A stretch of 64,000 nucleotides of DNA. Source: Macrostomum lignano. Its lineage: Eukaryota. Location of the stretch: assembly GCA_002269645.1 (NCBI GenBank), contig NIVC01000065.1, forward strand, positions 1 to 64,000. The letters run 5' to 3'. Within the stretch, counting starts at the first letter, position 1. The number at the start of each line of letters is the position of its first letter. The translations under genes were made by a program, and so were the position numbers. Shown here piece after piece: positions 28,401 to 38,539 of this stretch. The notes under the pieces are model-generated. The model saw nothing but the letters and a program-made list of their open reading frames with translations, did not search any database and had not been told where the DNA came from.

Positions 28401-30656
28401 ACTGGTCCACGGGGTAGGAAGAGGAATAAAAAGACGACTCACTCAGTAGCAGCTCTAATCGTAAGTTACACAGCCAAGACGAAAAATACGCGAAAACACG
28501 AAAATGAAAAGCAAAAAATGAAAACATACTGCAAGTAGGGACTAAAATATATTGTGAGTTTATTTATAAATTTGTGGTGAGCCCCGTCGCACATTGGATT
28601 TATCAATGCCATCAGTGAGGGCAGACAGCTTTAAAGGACAGTAAATTTCCTTTAGAGAGCGTGATCGAGTGTACGCAGCAAGTGTCCAACCCTTGTGCAT
28701 GGTTTGAGAGAACCGTGCGAAGTTCGTATACAATATTTGTATACCTGTCCGTACAAGGAATAACTCTGGGAATGCAGGCTCTTGTGCTGCTGTCCATCAT
28801 GTTTTCGATCGTGTCAATGGTGCTAATAGATAGATATATAAATAGACAGATATGAACAAGCAGTTAGACATTTCCAGCTATAACCGCGCATTCGGAAAAT
28901 TGAAGAAGTGGGAAGGTCAAGCTTTCGATACCACGAATATTTCGGCCGCATAAAGGCCTTTGTCGGGGTCTATTGTTGAACGTCTAAAAATGACAATTAT
29001 TGTGACGGTGAATTTTATTTTATCATCAGCAGGTTATTTACTGTATACACGTGTAAGTGTGTGTGTGTGCAGTACATAGAGTTACTCTCAAAATTGTATT
29101 ACTAGCGGCTCGGCAGATAAAGCCTTTTAGAAAATTATAGAGGTTACGAGCCAGAAAAAATGGAATTAACGCGCAAATCGCAAAAGTTTAAATATTAAAC
29201 ACGGCTTAAAAGGTACATCAAAGCAGAGAAACACAAACTTTCGGATTTCACACTGGACAGCCTTTTAGTAATGACACCCATTTTGGCGTCAGTCGGTCTT
29301 TCCAATATCCTAGTGAAATTAAGTAAACTTTTCGCCATTTACGAGTATTATGCAACAGTAATTGCACATAAACCTTAAAATATTGCTCTGCTATTATTTT
29401 GAAAATTCTCTGTGGTCGCACTGACTGAGTCGAGTCGAAGAACTCACCTTGTCTAATTAAAGTAGTGTAAATAATTAAATGCCATGACCCGTACGTATTC
29501 AGTAGTAAAATTGTGTAGCCAGACAATCATCGACCCCGCAATCCAGGCCGCCCAGCGCGACTACCTGCTGGTGTTCCCTCCACCAAAGCCGCCCACGCCG
29601 GAGCCCGTCGTCGAGGAGAGCGTCGACATCGGTGGCGACCTCGAGATCGCCTTGGACGACGGTCAGAAAGTTCCGTCGCAGACTCCGGTTGACATGGCCA
29701 GTGAGTTTCTGGGGTGATGTTACAAAGAATGCACTTTTATATGGTTGTCTATGTTTGTAGAAGTGCAATTGAGATACACTGGATACTGAATAGATAACTT
29801 TATTCTGCGCATCTTGAAAGTAGTTTAAGAAGTTCATTTTGTCTGGGTGTGTACTGGATTTTTACTGGATTGTAGTGTGGTATATCAATCAAAAATTGCT
29901 TAGATCATTCTGGATCGTTTAGAAGTTCATTCTAGTTTAGTTGAAAGTTCACTCTAGATCGCTTAGAAGTTCACTCTAGATCGCTTAGAAGTTCATTCTA
30001 GATCGCTTAGAAGTTCATTCTAGATCGCTTAAAAGTTAACTCTAGATCGCTTAGAATTTCACTCTAGATCGCTTAGAAGTTCATTCTAGATCGCTTAGAA
30101 GTTCATTCTAGATCGCTTAGAAGTTCACTCTAGATCGCTTAGAATTTCACTCTAGATCGCTTAGAAGTTCATTCTAGATCGCTTAGAAGTTCATTCTAGA
30201 TCGCTTAGAAGTTCACTCTAGATCGCTTAGAATTTCACTCTAGATCGCTTAGAAGTTCACTCTAGATCGCTTAGAAGTTCACTCTAGATCACTTAGAAGT
30301 TCACTCCAGATCACTCAGGAGCTTATTTCAGATAGTTGAGCAGTTCACTCTATTTAAACAATGCTCACCCAGGCGTCGAGCAGCTTCGCGACCGCCTGCA
30401 GTCGCTGTCACTCCCAGCCCTGTCAGCCGAGGCGCTGCTCAAGCTCACGCCGGACCTGGTTGAGCAGCTGCTCCGTCTAGAGGATGTTGAACAGCTTCGC
30501 GCTCGCCTGCAACGACTCGAAGAGGCTCCGCTGACTACGGTGGCTGAGGAGGTTGGCGATGCACAAGCAGCTGATGACGCAGAGGCTGAGGCCGAGGAAG
30601 AGAATAATGATGAAGTCAATGAAGAGGAAGAGGCTGGAGAGGAAGGGGATGATTGA
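15650..30656 (+). CDS. MDH1B: Malate dehydrogenase 1B-like, join(15650..15671,18546..18658,18747..18882,19616..19881,20519..21025,21546..21885,22015..22145,29523..29700,30373..30656), 658 aa
   Basis: [66 protein letters not shown] and [22 protein letters not shown] match MDH1B. All introns are GT-AG with consistent phases. The last two exons are attached by phase logic only and are less certain. Confidence 0.85.
16123..16461. mobile_element. Possible decayed hAT-type MITE
   Basis: Inverted ends CAGAGATTGGCAAC / GTTGCCAATCCTTG; flanks gtttaaat and gtttaaaa (7/8 match). Confidence 0.4.
17105..17942. mobile_element. Non-autonomous hAT-superfamily element (838 bp) in MDH1B intron 1
   Basis: Perfect 12-bp TIR CAGTGTTGGGCA, perfect 8-bp TSD CTTCTATG (17097-17104 and 17943-17950), many subterminal GTAACT/AGTTAC motifs. 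Confidence 0.9.
18925..19575. repeat. Intronic minisatellite, 24 bp (ctactacccctgtttcacctgtgt)
   Basis: Fills MDH1B intron 3. Confidence 0.95.
19925..20445. repeat. Intronic minisatellite, 28 bp, same family as the ARL1 intron array
   Basis: Identical consensus unit and shared variant unit ggaccagtgtcccagatcc. Confidence 0.95.
21150..21510. repeat. Intronic minisatellite, 24 bp (gataaactgagtgacctactgtcc)
   Basis: Fills MDH1B intron 5. Confidence 0.95.
22158..22477. repeat. (GATA)n/(GGTA)n microsatellite
   Basis: Direct; at the start of MDH1B intron 7. Confidence 0.97.
22493..23845 (-). mobile_element. Full-length mariner (DD34D) transposon, 1353 bp
   Basis: About 26-bp TIRs (cttcgggtgtcccaaatttatttaga / tctaaataaatttgggacacctgaag, one mismatch) and TA TSDs at 22491-22492 and 23846-23847. 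Confidence 0.95.
22566..23674 (-). pseudogene. Mariner transposase with one frameshift (about 23070) and one nonsense codon (22608-22610)
   Basis: HTH region, WVPHHL, QDESW, WDNAR[10 protein letters not shown] (34 residues between the second and third Asp); the frame continues AVIQCQGDY after the TGA. Confidence 0.9.
23848..24620 (-). mobile_element. Non-coding Penelope-derived/retrozyme-like unit a (continues at 22478-22492 across the mariner)
   Basis: Homologous to 24621-24852, 25832-26470 and 26471-26590; contains a hammerhead motif and abuts GATA repeats. Confidence 0.7.
23903..23950 (-). ncRNA. Minimal type I hammerhead ribozyme motif (PLE-type)
   Basis: Minus strand AAAUAAACC-CUGAAGA-A-GGCCA(AAUC)UGGCC-GAAA-UAU-C-GGUCGAUUU: canonical core, 5-bp helix II, palindromic mini helix III, AUC site, bulged helix I. 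Confidence 0.7.
24696..24745 (-). ncRNA. Degenerate hammerhead motif b (core CUAAAGA, G5A)
   Basis: CUAAAGA-A-GGCC(AGGUUCA)GGCC-GAAA-UAUC-GGUCG. Confidence 0.5.
24853..25750 (-). mobile_element. N-terminal ORF remnant of a Penelope-like element
   Basis: [23 protein letters not shown] aligns by eye with [23 protein letters not shown] at about 27900-27970; flanked by hammerhead-bearing units b and c. Confidence 0.5.
25832..26470 (-). mobile_element. Retrozyme-like unit c with decayed hammerhead motif at about 25895-25945
   Basis: Diverged paralog of unit a sharing gtcaggccacgagtcgcag, cacagaccgcc and the (TAG)n block; core UUUAAGA; preceded by GATA repeats 25801-25832. Confidence 0.65.
26600..28540 (-). 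mobile_element. Internally deleted, decayed Penelope-like retroelement (GIY-YIG; possibly Neptune-type)
   Basis: Frameshifted remnants: N-terminal region, RT motif 7/thumb (EITLIDL; [22 protein letters not shown]...FLRY), Cys linker CGSRDCELC, endonuclease C-half ([12 protein letters not shown]...[12 protein letters not shown]...RRIVEQKII); GATA repeats at 26597-26612. Confidence 0.75.
26703..26748 (-). ncRNA. Hammerhead-like motif d, variant core CCGACUA
   Basis: GAACC-CCGACUA-A-GGC...GCC-GAAA-UAU-C-GGUUC with a perfect 5-bp helix I. Confidence 0.45.
28566..29480 (-). mobile_element. Further Penelope-related pieces: copy of the endonuclease 3' end (28566-28800) and unit e with hammerhead-like motif at 28930-28975
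   Basis: 28566-28740 is similar to 26815-26990; motif CCGACAA-A-GGCC(UUUAUGC)GGCC-GAAA-UAU; GATA-like run at 28827-28850. Confidence 0.55.
29940..30310. repeat. Intronic minisatellite, 22 bp (tagatcgcttagaagttcactc)
   Basis: Fills MDH1B intron 8. Confidence 0.95.
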
Positions 30657-30779
30657 TTAAAAAATTTTATGTTGCCTTAATTTCGTATTATGCGTTACTG
30701 TTTATCTGGCACCTTAATTTATTGGATTTTCGGCTACTCATTTCTATGTTCCATCTGTCTATTGCTTCTCTTGTCTCTT

Positions 30780-31070
30780 AGCTTTGCTCTCCTATCTCCG
30801 CTCTCCCCCTCTACCCTCCCTCCCCCATCACTCTCTCCACCTCTACCCTCCCTCCCCCATCACTCTCTCCACCTCTACCCTCCCTCACCATCTTCGCTCT
30901 CTCCCCCTCTATCCTCTCTCTCTCTCACATCTCCGCTCTCTCCCCCTCTATCCTCTCTCTCTCACATCTCCGCTCTCTCCCCCTCTATCCTCTCTCTCTC
31001 ACATCTCCGCTCTCTCCTCTCTCCTCTCTCTTCTATCTCTGCTCACTGCCTCTCTATTCACCCTATCCTA
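30780..31070. repeat. CT-rich tandem repeat
   Basis: Polypyrimidine repeats downstream of the MDH1B stop. Confidence 0.85.
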
Positions 31071-31844
31071 TGCCCCTAATCTCGTCTCTAAGTCTCCCCT
31101 TTCTTCCCCAAGTAAAAATAATAAAAAATCGCAAATTGAACCAATTACAAAGTAAAAAACAAGGTGACTTTAGGTGCTAGGCGTGATGCAGTGATGTGTG
31201 CACTTTATATTCCATTCTGCTCCAAATAACTGTTATTGTTAATTCTCAGCAAATTTTAGCTGTCCGTTTTTTACAAATTCCTTGAAAATTTCTATTATTT
31301 TCTGACACTTGTTGATTTGTCGTATTTTTTCTCCCAGCTTAAAGTGAAATTTCTTAATAAAAAACTTATGGACTGCTTCCTAACTAGATTGAAGTATTTC
31401 TCTATCAGAGTTTTTTACCAGCTTTATTTATACTTTTATAAAGTGTTTTTGCGAATCTCAACAATTAGAAATCCGTCCTGAAGTTTATTGATCATAAAAG
31501 TTGTTGTATACCTTTGTTGGTAGAAATATACTCAAACCGGGACTGTTTTGAAGGTTTTACTATGCTCAAATGGTGGTTTTTCTGCTTCTATATTTTTTCC
31601 TATGTTTGGTTTATTTTAGTGTCTAGAGGGTTTGCCTTTCTTTTATTGCTTCAAGAGTGCAAATTGGCTTCTGAAACTCTGCCATTGCTAGGGAAATTGC
31701 TGATTACACAGCTCCACCCCTGCAGCTCCTGTTGAAATATTGCCTCTAATGAGTTGCTGTGTAAAAACTGCTCACTTGAGATGCGATTTCGGAATTGAAA
31801 GTGGCGTCTGGGCTGCAAGTTTGTTTCTTGAATCTCTCTGCATA

Positions 31845-33110
31845 TCTCCCTCCAACTCCCCTCTCTCTCCCACTCGCATCTCTTACCCTCCCACTCCCTC
31901 TCTCTCTCCAATTCCCCTCTCTCCCCCACTCGCATCTCTTACCCTCCCACTCCCTCTCTCTCTCCAATTCCCCTCTCTCCCCCACTCGCATCTCTTACCC
32001 TCCCACTCCCTCTCTCCCTCCAACCCCCCTCTCTCTCCCACTCGCATCTCTTACCCTCCCACTCCCTCTCTCCCTCCAACCCCCCTCTCTCTCCCACTCG
32101 CATCTCTTACCCTCCCACTCCCTCTCTCTCTCCAACTCCCCTCTCTCTCCCACTCGCATCTCTTACCCTCCCACTCCCTCTCTCTCTCCAACTCCCCTCT
32201 CTCTCCCACTCGCATCTCTTACCCTCCCACTCCCTCTCGCTCTCCAACTCCCCTCTCTCCCCCACTCGCATCTTTTACCCTCCCACTCCCTCTCTCCCTC
32301 CAACTCCCCTCTCTCTCCCACTCGCATCTCTTACCCTCCCACTCCCTCTCTCTCTCCAACTCCCCTCTCTCTCCCACTCGCATCTCTTACCCTCCCACTC
32401 CCTCTCTCCCTCCAACTCCCCTCTCTCTCCCACTCGCATCTCTTACCCTCCCACTCCCTCTCTCTCTCCAACTCCCCTCTCTCTCCCACTCGCATCTCTT
32501 ACCCTCCCACTCCCTCTCTCTCTCCAACTCCCCTCTCTCTCCCACTCGCATCTCTTACCCTCCCACTCCCTCTCTCCCTCCAACTCCCCTCTCTCTCCCA
32601 CTCGCATCTCTTACCCTCCCACTCCCTCTCTCTCTCCAACCCCCTCTCTCCCCACTCGCATCTCTTACCCTCCCACTCCCTCTCTCTCTCCAACTCTCCT
32701 CTCTCTCCCACTCGCATCTCTTACCCTCCCACTCCCTCTCTCCCTCCAACTCCCCTCTCTCCCCCTACTTCCCTCTACCACTCGCATCTCTTACCCTCCC
32801 ACTCCCCTCTCTCCTTCCAACTCCCCCTCCCACTCCCACTCCCCTCTCTCTCTCCAACTCCCCTCTCTCTCTCTCCAACTCCCCTCTCTCCTTCCAACTC
32901 CCCCTCCCATTCCCACTCCCCTCTCTCTCTCCAACTCCCCTCTCTCCCTTCAACTCCCCTCTCTCTCCCTCCCCACTCCTCCCTCTCCCTCCCACTCCCC
33001 TTTCTCTCTCCAACTCCCCTCTCTCTCCCTCCCCACTCCCCTCTCCCTCCTCCCCTCCCCTCCCTCTCCCACTCTACCTTTCTCTAACTCTTCCATTTCT
33101 GTCTGTCTGT
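31845..33110. repeat. Polypyrimidine minisatellite, about 56 bp unit (ccactcgcatctcttaccctcccactccc...)
   Basis: Tandem array; source of the 458-aa and 430-aa Leu/Ser/Pro ORFs. Confidence 0.93.
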
Positions 33111-33884
33111 CTCTGATTTTCGATCTCTATTTCTCTCCAATCACCCCAGCCCACCCGTACCGCTGCCTCACTCCCGTCTCTGTACCCCTTTCCTCGCTTG
33201 CATCTACCCACTTACCTTAAAGTCTGTGAGTGAAATTCTCTATTTTGCGAGTTTGTTGCTACGTAATATTTATTCTGGTGTGCAGACCCCACCCTCGCAT
33301 CAGCATTGGCTGATGCATAAATTATATACATGACCTAGTATAGCATAGCATAAACACCGAATCTGCACTGTATGAAAGATTTTGAACCACTCTGTCTCTC
33401 ACTCACTCTCTTGTCGCTAACCCGCCTGTGCATCTGACTTTAGCTGAACTGACTAATACAGCACTGCAGGCCCTGCGTTATCTTGATAAGTGCTTCTAGC
33501 TTGTGCGCCTTCCTTCTATCTTTTAGTTTTAGTTTTAGTTTTAGCCAGCTTTAATAGATTGCAATAGAATACAGGGGACAAGAGATTTCCTGTTGGCTTT
33601 TGGCTTTCTCTGCTTCAAGCTTATATATATATCCAGCTATTAATTGAACGATATTACGGCTCGTAGTAGGCCAATATCAAAACAGACAAGACTTTTAAAA
33701 GATTTCGCCTTTCTTCTGAATTCGCCGTTAAAATCTTCTGACTTCGCATCATAAAAAGGTACTATTACGTTAGTAATTATGCTTTCTTGTTTATATGGTA
33801 ATTCGTTTAGCGTGATTTTTTCAAGACTTTTCTTAGAATTTTGCGTTTCTTAGAATTATTGACCCATTTGAATTTTATCTGATT

Positions 33885-34245
33885 ACTCATTCAAGCTGTG
33901 TCTGAATACCCATTCAAGCTGTATCTGAATACCCCTTCAGGCTGTATCTGAATACCCCTTCAAGCTGTATCTGAATACCCATTCAAGCTGTATCTGAATA
34001 CCCCTTCAAGCTGTATCTGGATACCCCTTCAGGCTGTATCTGAATACCCCTTCAAGCTGTATCTGAATACCCATTCAAGCTGTATCTGAATACCCATTCA
34101 AGCTGTATCTGAATACCCCTTCAAGCTGTATCTGATTACTCATTCAAGCTGTATCTGAATAACCATTCAAGCTGTATCTGATTACTCATTCAAGCTGTAT
34201 CTGAATACCCATTCAAGCTGTATCTGAATACCCATTCAAGCTATG
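33885..34245. repeat. Minisatellite, 23 bp (attcaagctgtatctgaataccc)
   Basis: Tandem array. Confidence 0.95.
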
Positions 34246-34413
34246 TTTGAACACCCTTTATAATTTAAATTTTACCTTTTTCCAACACCAATCAATTGGT
34301 TTCAGAATATAATTGACAGCTGGAATCCGTAGCCCATACATTCCAACCCTAGCAACTGCAGCAGTTGGTCCACCCTCCAGAGGGAAGTGCTCTTCTGCAA
34401 GCAAAGAGCAGCA

Positions 34414-37382
34414 ATGAACCAGCAAATCACCATCAAGGCTGGCTACCTGAAGAAGCAGACCTCGGCTTACAACGGCGGCGCAAACGGCGCTAGCAGCGGA
34501 GGCGGTGGTTCCGGCTTGAAGTCCATCTCACTGCTGCACAGACCCACCAGGCGCTGGTTCGTGTTCCTCATATTCGGCGGCCTGCCCTCGCTCGAATACT
34601 ACGAGGACTCGAACTCGGCCAGGACTGAGGCGCCAATCAATTCGTTTGATTTGCGCGGCTGCCGCCAGGTGATTCGATCTCCTAGCGATGTGACCAGCTT
34701 CATGCTCACCCTGGCTGATCGGGTGCTCACACTCACTGCCGACTCTGAGACTGATGCTGGTGAGCTTCTGGCTGCTTGTGCTCACTTTTGTTCACTTCTC
34801 ACTGCACCGTTTCATTCTAGCTTCATTCACGACCAATCCCAAATTTATCACCCACCTCATTCACGCCCAACTGTACCCTATCACCCACCTCATTCACGCC
34901 CAACTCCATACCCGATCACCCACCTCATTCACGCCCAACTCCATACCCTATCACCCACCTCATTCACGCCCAACTGTACCCTATCACCCACCTCATTCAC
35001 GCCCAACTCCATACCCGATCACCCACCTCGTTCACGCCCAACTCCATACCCTATCACCCACCTCATCCACGCCCAACTCCCTACCCTATCACCCACCTCA
35101 TTCACGCCCAACTCCCTACCCTATCACCCACCTCATTCACGCTCAACTCCCTACCCGATCACCCACCTCATTCACGCCCAACTCCATACCCGATCACCCA
35201 TCTCATTCACGCCCAACTCCATACCCTATCACCTACCTTCATTCACGCCCAACTTACCAACCCTGTCACCCACCCTCATTCACGCCCAAATCCCTACCCT
35301 ATCATTCATCTCATTCACGCCGAAATCCCTACCCTATCATTCATCTCATTCACGCCCAACTCCCTACCCTATCATTCATCTCATTCACGCCCAAATCCCT
35401 ACCCTATCACCCACCTCATTCACGCCCAACTCCCTACCCTATCACCCACCTCATTCACGCCCAACTCCCTACCCTATCACCCACCTCATTCACGCCCAAC
35501 TCCCTACCCTATCACCCACCTCATTCACGCCCAACTCCCTACCCTATCACCCACCTCATTCACGCCCAACTCCCTACCCTATCACCCACCTCATTCACGC
35601 CCAACTCCCTACCCTATCACCCACCTCATTCACGCCCAACTCCCTACCCTATCACCCACCTCATTCACGCCCAACTCCCTACCCTATCATTCACCTCATT
35701 CACGCCCAACTCCCTACCCTAGCATTCACCTCATTCACGCCCAACTCCCTACCCTATCACCCACCTCATTCACGCCCAACTCCCTACCCTATCACCCACC
35801 TCATTTACGCCCAACTCCCTACCCTATCATTCATCTCATTCACGCCCCCAGCCGACTGGTCGGACGTCCTGAACCGCAACCTGGCGCAATACTCCGGCCG
35901 GCAGAAGCCCGACAACATCTACGGCACCTTTGATGACAGCGCCGCCGCAGAGGTGTACGAAACCACCGACGACGAGACCGAGGAGGACGCGGCCGCCTGC
36001 TGTTCCGTTGCTAATGGCAACGGCAGCAACAACGCTGCTGCCGCCTCCAGCGCAACCAACGAGATTCTGATCGAGCTGCGCCGAGTTGAGCAGCGCATCG
36101 AAGCTGCTCAGGGCCGGTCCGCGGTGGCCCAGCTGCGCCAGGAGCTGAACGAAGCCGCTCCGGCCGCCGCCGCCGCCAACTTGGCGGGCCCCAGCGAGCT
36201 GGCCAGTCTGGATCCCGCAGCCTACGCCCTGTTAGAGAAGAAGTACCGCGAACTGGAAGACTGGGACGGCCTGGGCGCGCTGCGCACCAAGCGGTTCCGC
36301 TCGGTCGCCGGGGTGCACCGGCCCAACCCGGATCCGCCCACGTTCCGTCGGGAGCTCCGGCCGATTCCTCTGGCCGGATTCTTCGAGCCGAAAACCGACG
36401 TGGCGGTTGAAGAGACCGACAATGGCCGGTTCTACGTGAACCCGCTGCCCGGCGGGCCCCGCCTGACGCCGCTGAGCTCGGCTGTTGAACGATTGAAGCG
36501 CCAGATTCTTTACCCTGGCGGGGTTGCAGTTATGTGCAAGAGTGCCGACCTGCTGGACAATGTGGCCATTGTGCAGTGCGCCAGCGACCGCTTCTGGATT
36601 GCCGGCTGGACCAGGCAGGCCACCAGGCTGCACTCCTGTCTGCATGTGGGAGATGAGGTTCGCTTCTTGCCGAAGCTAATATATCGTTATTAAATACCCT
36701 CTTTAAATCCGTCCCTGAACCTCATTGAAACCGTCCCTGAACCCTCATTAAATCCGTCCCTGAAGCCTCATTAAATCCGTCCCTGAAGCCTCATTAAATC
36801 CGTCCCTGAAGCCTCATTAAATCCGTCCCTGAACCCTCACTAAACCCGTCACTGAACCCTCACTAAACCCGTCACTGAACCCTCAAAACCCTCCCTGAAA
36901 CCTTAGCCCACCTCCGCCCCTCCCCGCCACAGGTGATCTCAGTCGATGGCTTCCCAATCGAGTCGCTGGATCAGCTCCGCCGGATTCTGCACGGCGCCTT
37001 CGACCGCGTCGCCCTCCGCCTGCGCCGCCTGCCGTACGGCAAAGCCTTCAGCGTCCAACGCTTGGACGGCCAGTCGCTGGGCCTGCAGACTGTCGGCCAC
37101 AAGGCCGAGATCTGTCACGTGCAGCAGGACGGCCTGGCCGCTGCTCACGGCTTGGCTTATCGAACCACTGGCGCTGTTGACGACGCCAATTTTTGCACCT
37201 GGACTATTACCGAGGTCAATGGCCGGCCGCTGAGTCTCTGGCCGGAGCCGAAAGAGGTGGCACTGCGATTGAATGCTCACGGCCAGGAGATCAGTCTGGT
37301 ATTGCAGCCCACGGATTTGGTGAAGGGGATCCGGTGTCAGTTAAAGCGGATTAAAGATTATAAGCAGTTTGTTGTTGGATAA
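34414..37382 (+). CDS. PH-domain + C-terminal tandem PDZ-like protein, join(34414..34759,35852..36657,36933..37382), 533 aa
   Basis: PH signature IKAGYLKKQ...RRWFVF...LEYYED...FDL...LTADSETDA-DW; PDZ-like LHVGDEVISVDG and TITEVNGRPL; both introns are GT-AG and phase consistent. Confidence 0.75.
34850..35845. repeat. Intronic minisatellite, 35 bp (accctatcacccacctcattcacgcccaactccct)
   Basis: Fills intron 34760-35851 up to the acceptor. Confidence 0.95.
36690..36905. repeat. Intronic minisatellite, 23 bp (ttaaatccgtccctgaagcctca)
   Basis: Fills intron 36658-36932. Confidence 0.9.
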
Positions 37383-38539
37383 ATGCTGACTGGCTGGCTG
37401 TTGATAGCGTTGAGCTCGATAAATTCTCGTCTCAGATAGTTTTGATGCTTGCACTTTTTTATGTACTTTTATTGCCTCGAGCAAGGTGTACTTTAATTCG
37501 ATTGCACTTTTGTCATTTCTGTGGATTGTACTTTTATTCTTATAACGCTACGTACCTCAAACATTTTATAGCGAAGTGTACTTTAATATTTAGGAGCGAG
37601 ATGTACTTTTATAGTTAGGAGCGGAGTGTACTTTAAAATCCTATAGCGAGTTGTACTTTTGTAGTTATGAGCCGAGTGTACTTTACTATTCAATAGTGGG
37701 TTGTAATTTTGTAGTTAGGAGTGGAGTGTACTTTACTATTTAAGAGCGAGTTGTACTTTTGTAGTTAGGAACGGAGTGTACATTAATATTTGAGTGGTTT
37801 GTACTTTCGTATTTATGAATGCGGTGTGTACTTTTAACCTTTTTAGGAAAGAACCGTGTTTTGATAAGATTAAGTGTACTTTATTCGTTTTTAATGCACT
37901 TTTATCATATTATTATAACTTTTAGAGATCATTAAATAATTTTTAAATGCGCATGCATATGTATAGTGTGTATTGTGATCCACAACTCATATCAATAATA
38001 TTGTTTGTACTCTTGAGAAATATTTTTTTGCTTTGTACTTTTATAAACAAGCGTGGGTTGGTTTTCCTGGTGCAATAATTGTTAAAACGTCATGCAATAT
38101 GTCACCCATTTTACTTGTTTATACCATTTCTTTGGTAATACTAATAGTAGTAGTGAGCATTTGCAACTGCGTTCGCTAACTTCGTTGTATTTCAATATTT
38201 ACTGCTGAGATTTTGTGGTTCTGACGCGGAGTAAAGTTTTGTTAATAATAGGTACACACAAACTGCGTGTAAATGCCTCACTTTATCTTACACCACCAGC
38301 AGTCAATGAAATATGAGCAGTTGAGCACTACCATATATGGAAAGTAGTCCATTCTCAGTATTGTCTCATAGTCCATTCGTTTTGATTTTTTGCTAATACG
38401 CCAGTACAATGCAATTTTAATGCAATACTTCAAATATATAGGATGCTATCGCAGCACTTTATGGCGTATTTTTTCACTTGTATATCGCAATTAATTGTGG
38501 GCTGTCTAAAGTCCAGACGTGACAGCGAATCGAAGACCC

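Noticed and set aside
34387-36693. 768-aa single ORF as one exon
   Set aside because: Central 364 codons are a 35-bp minisatellite bounded by GT/AG; splicing restores the PH domain end (DA-DW).
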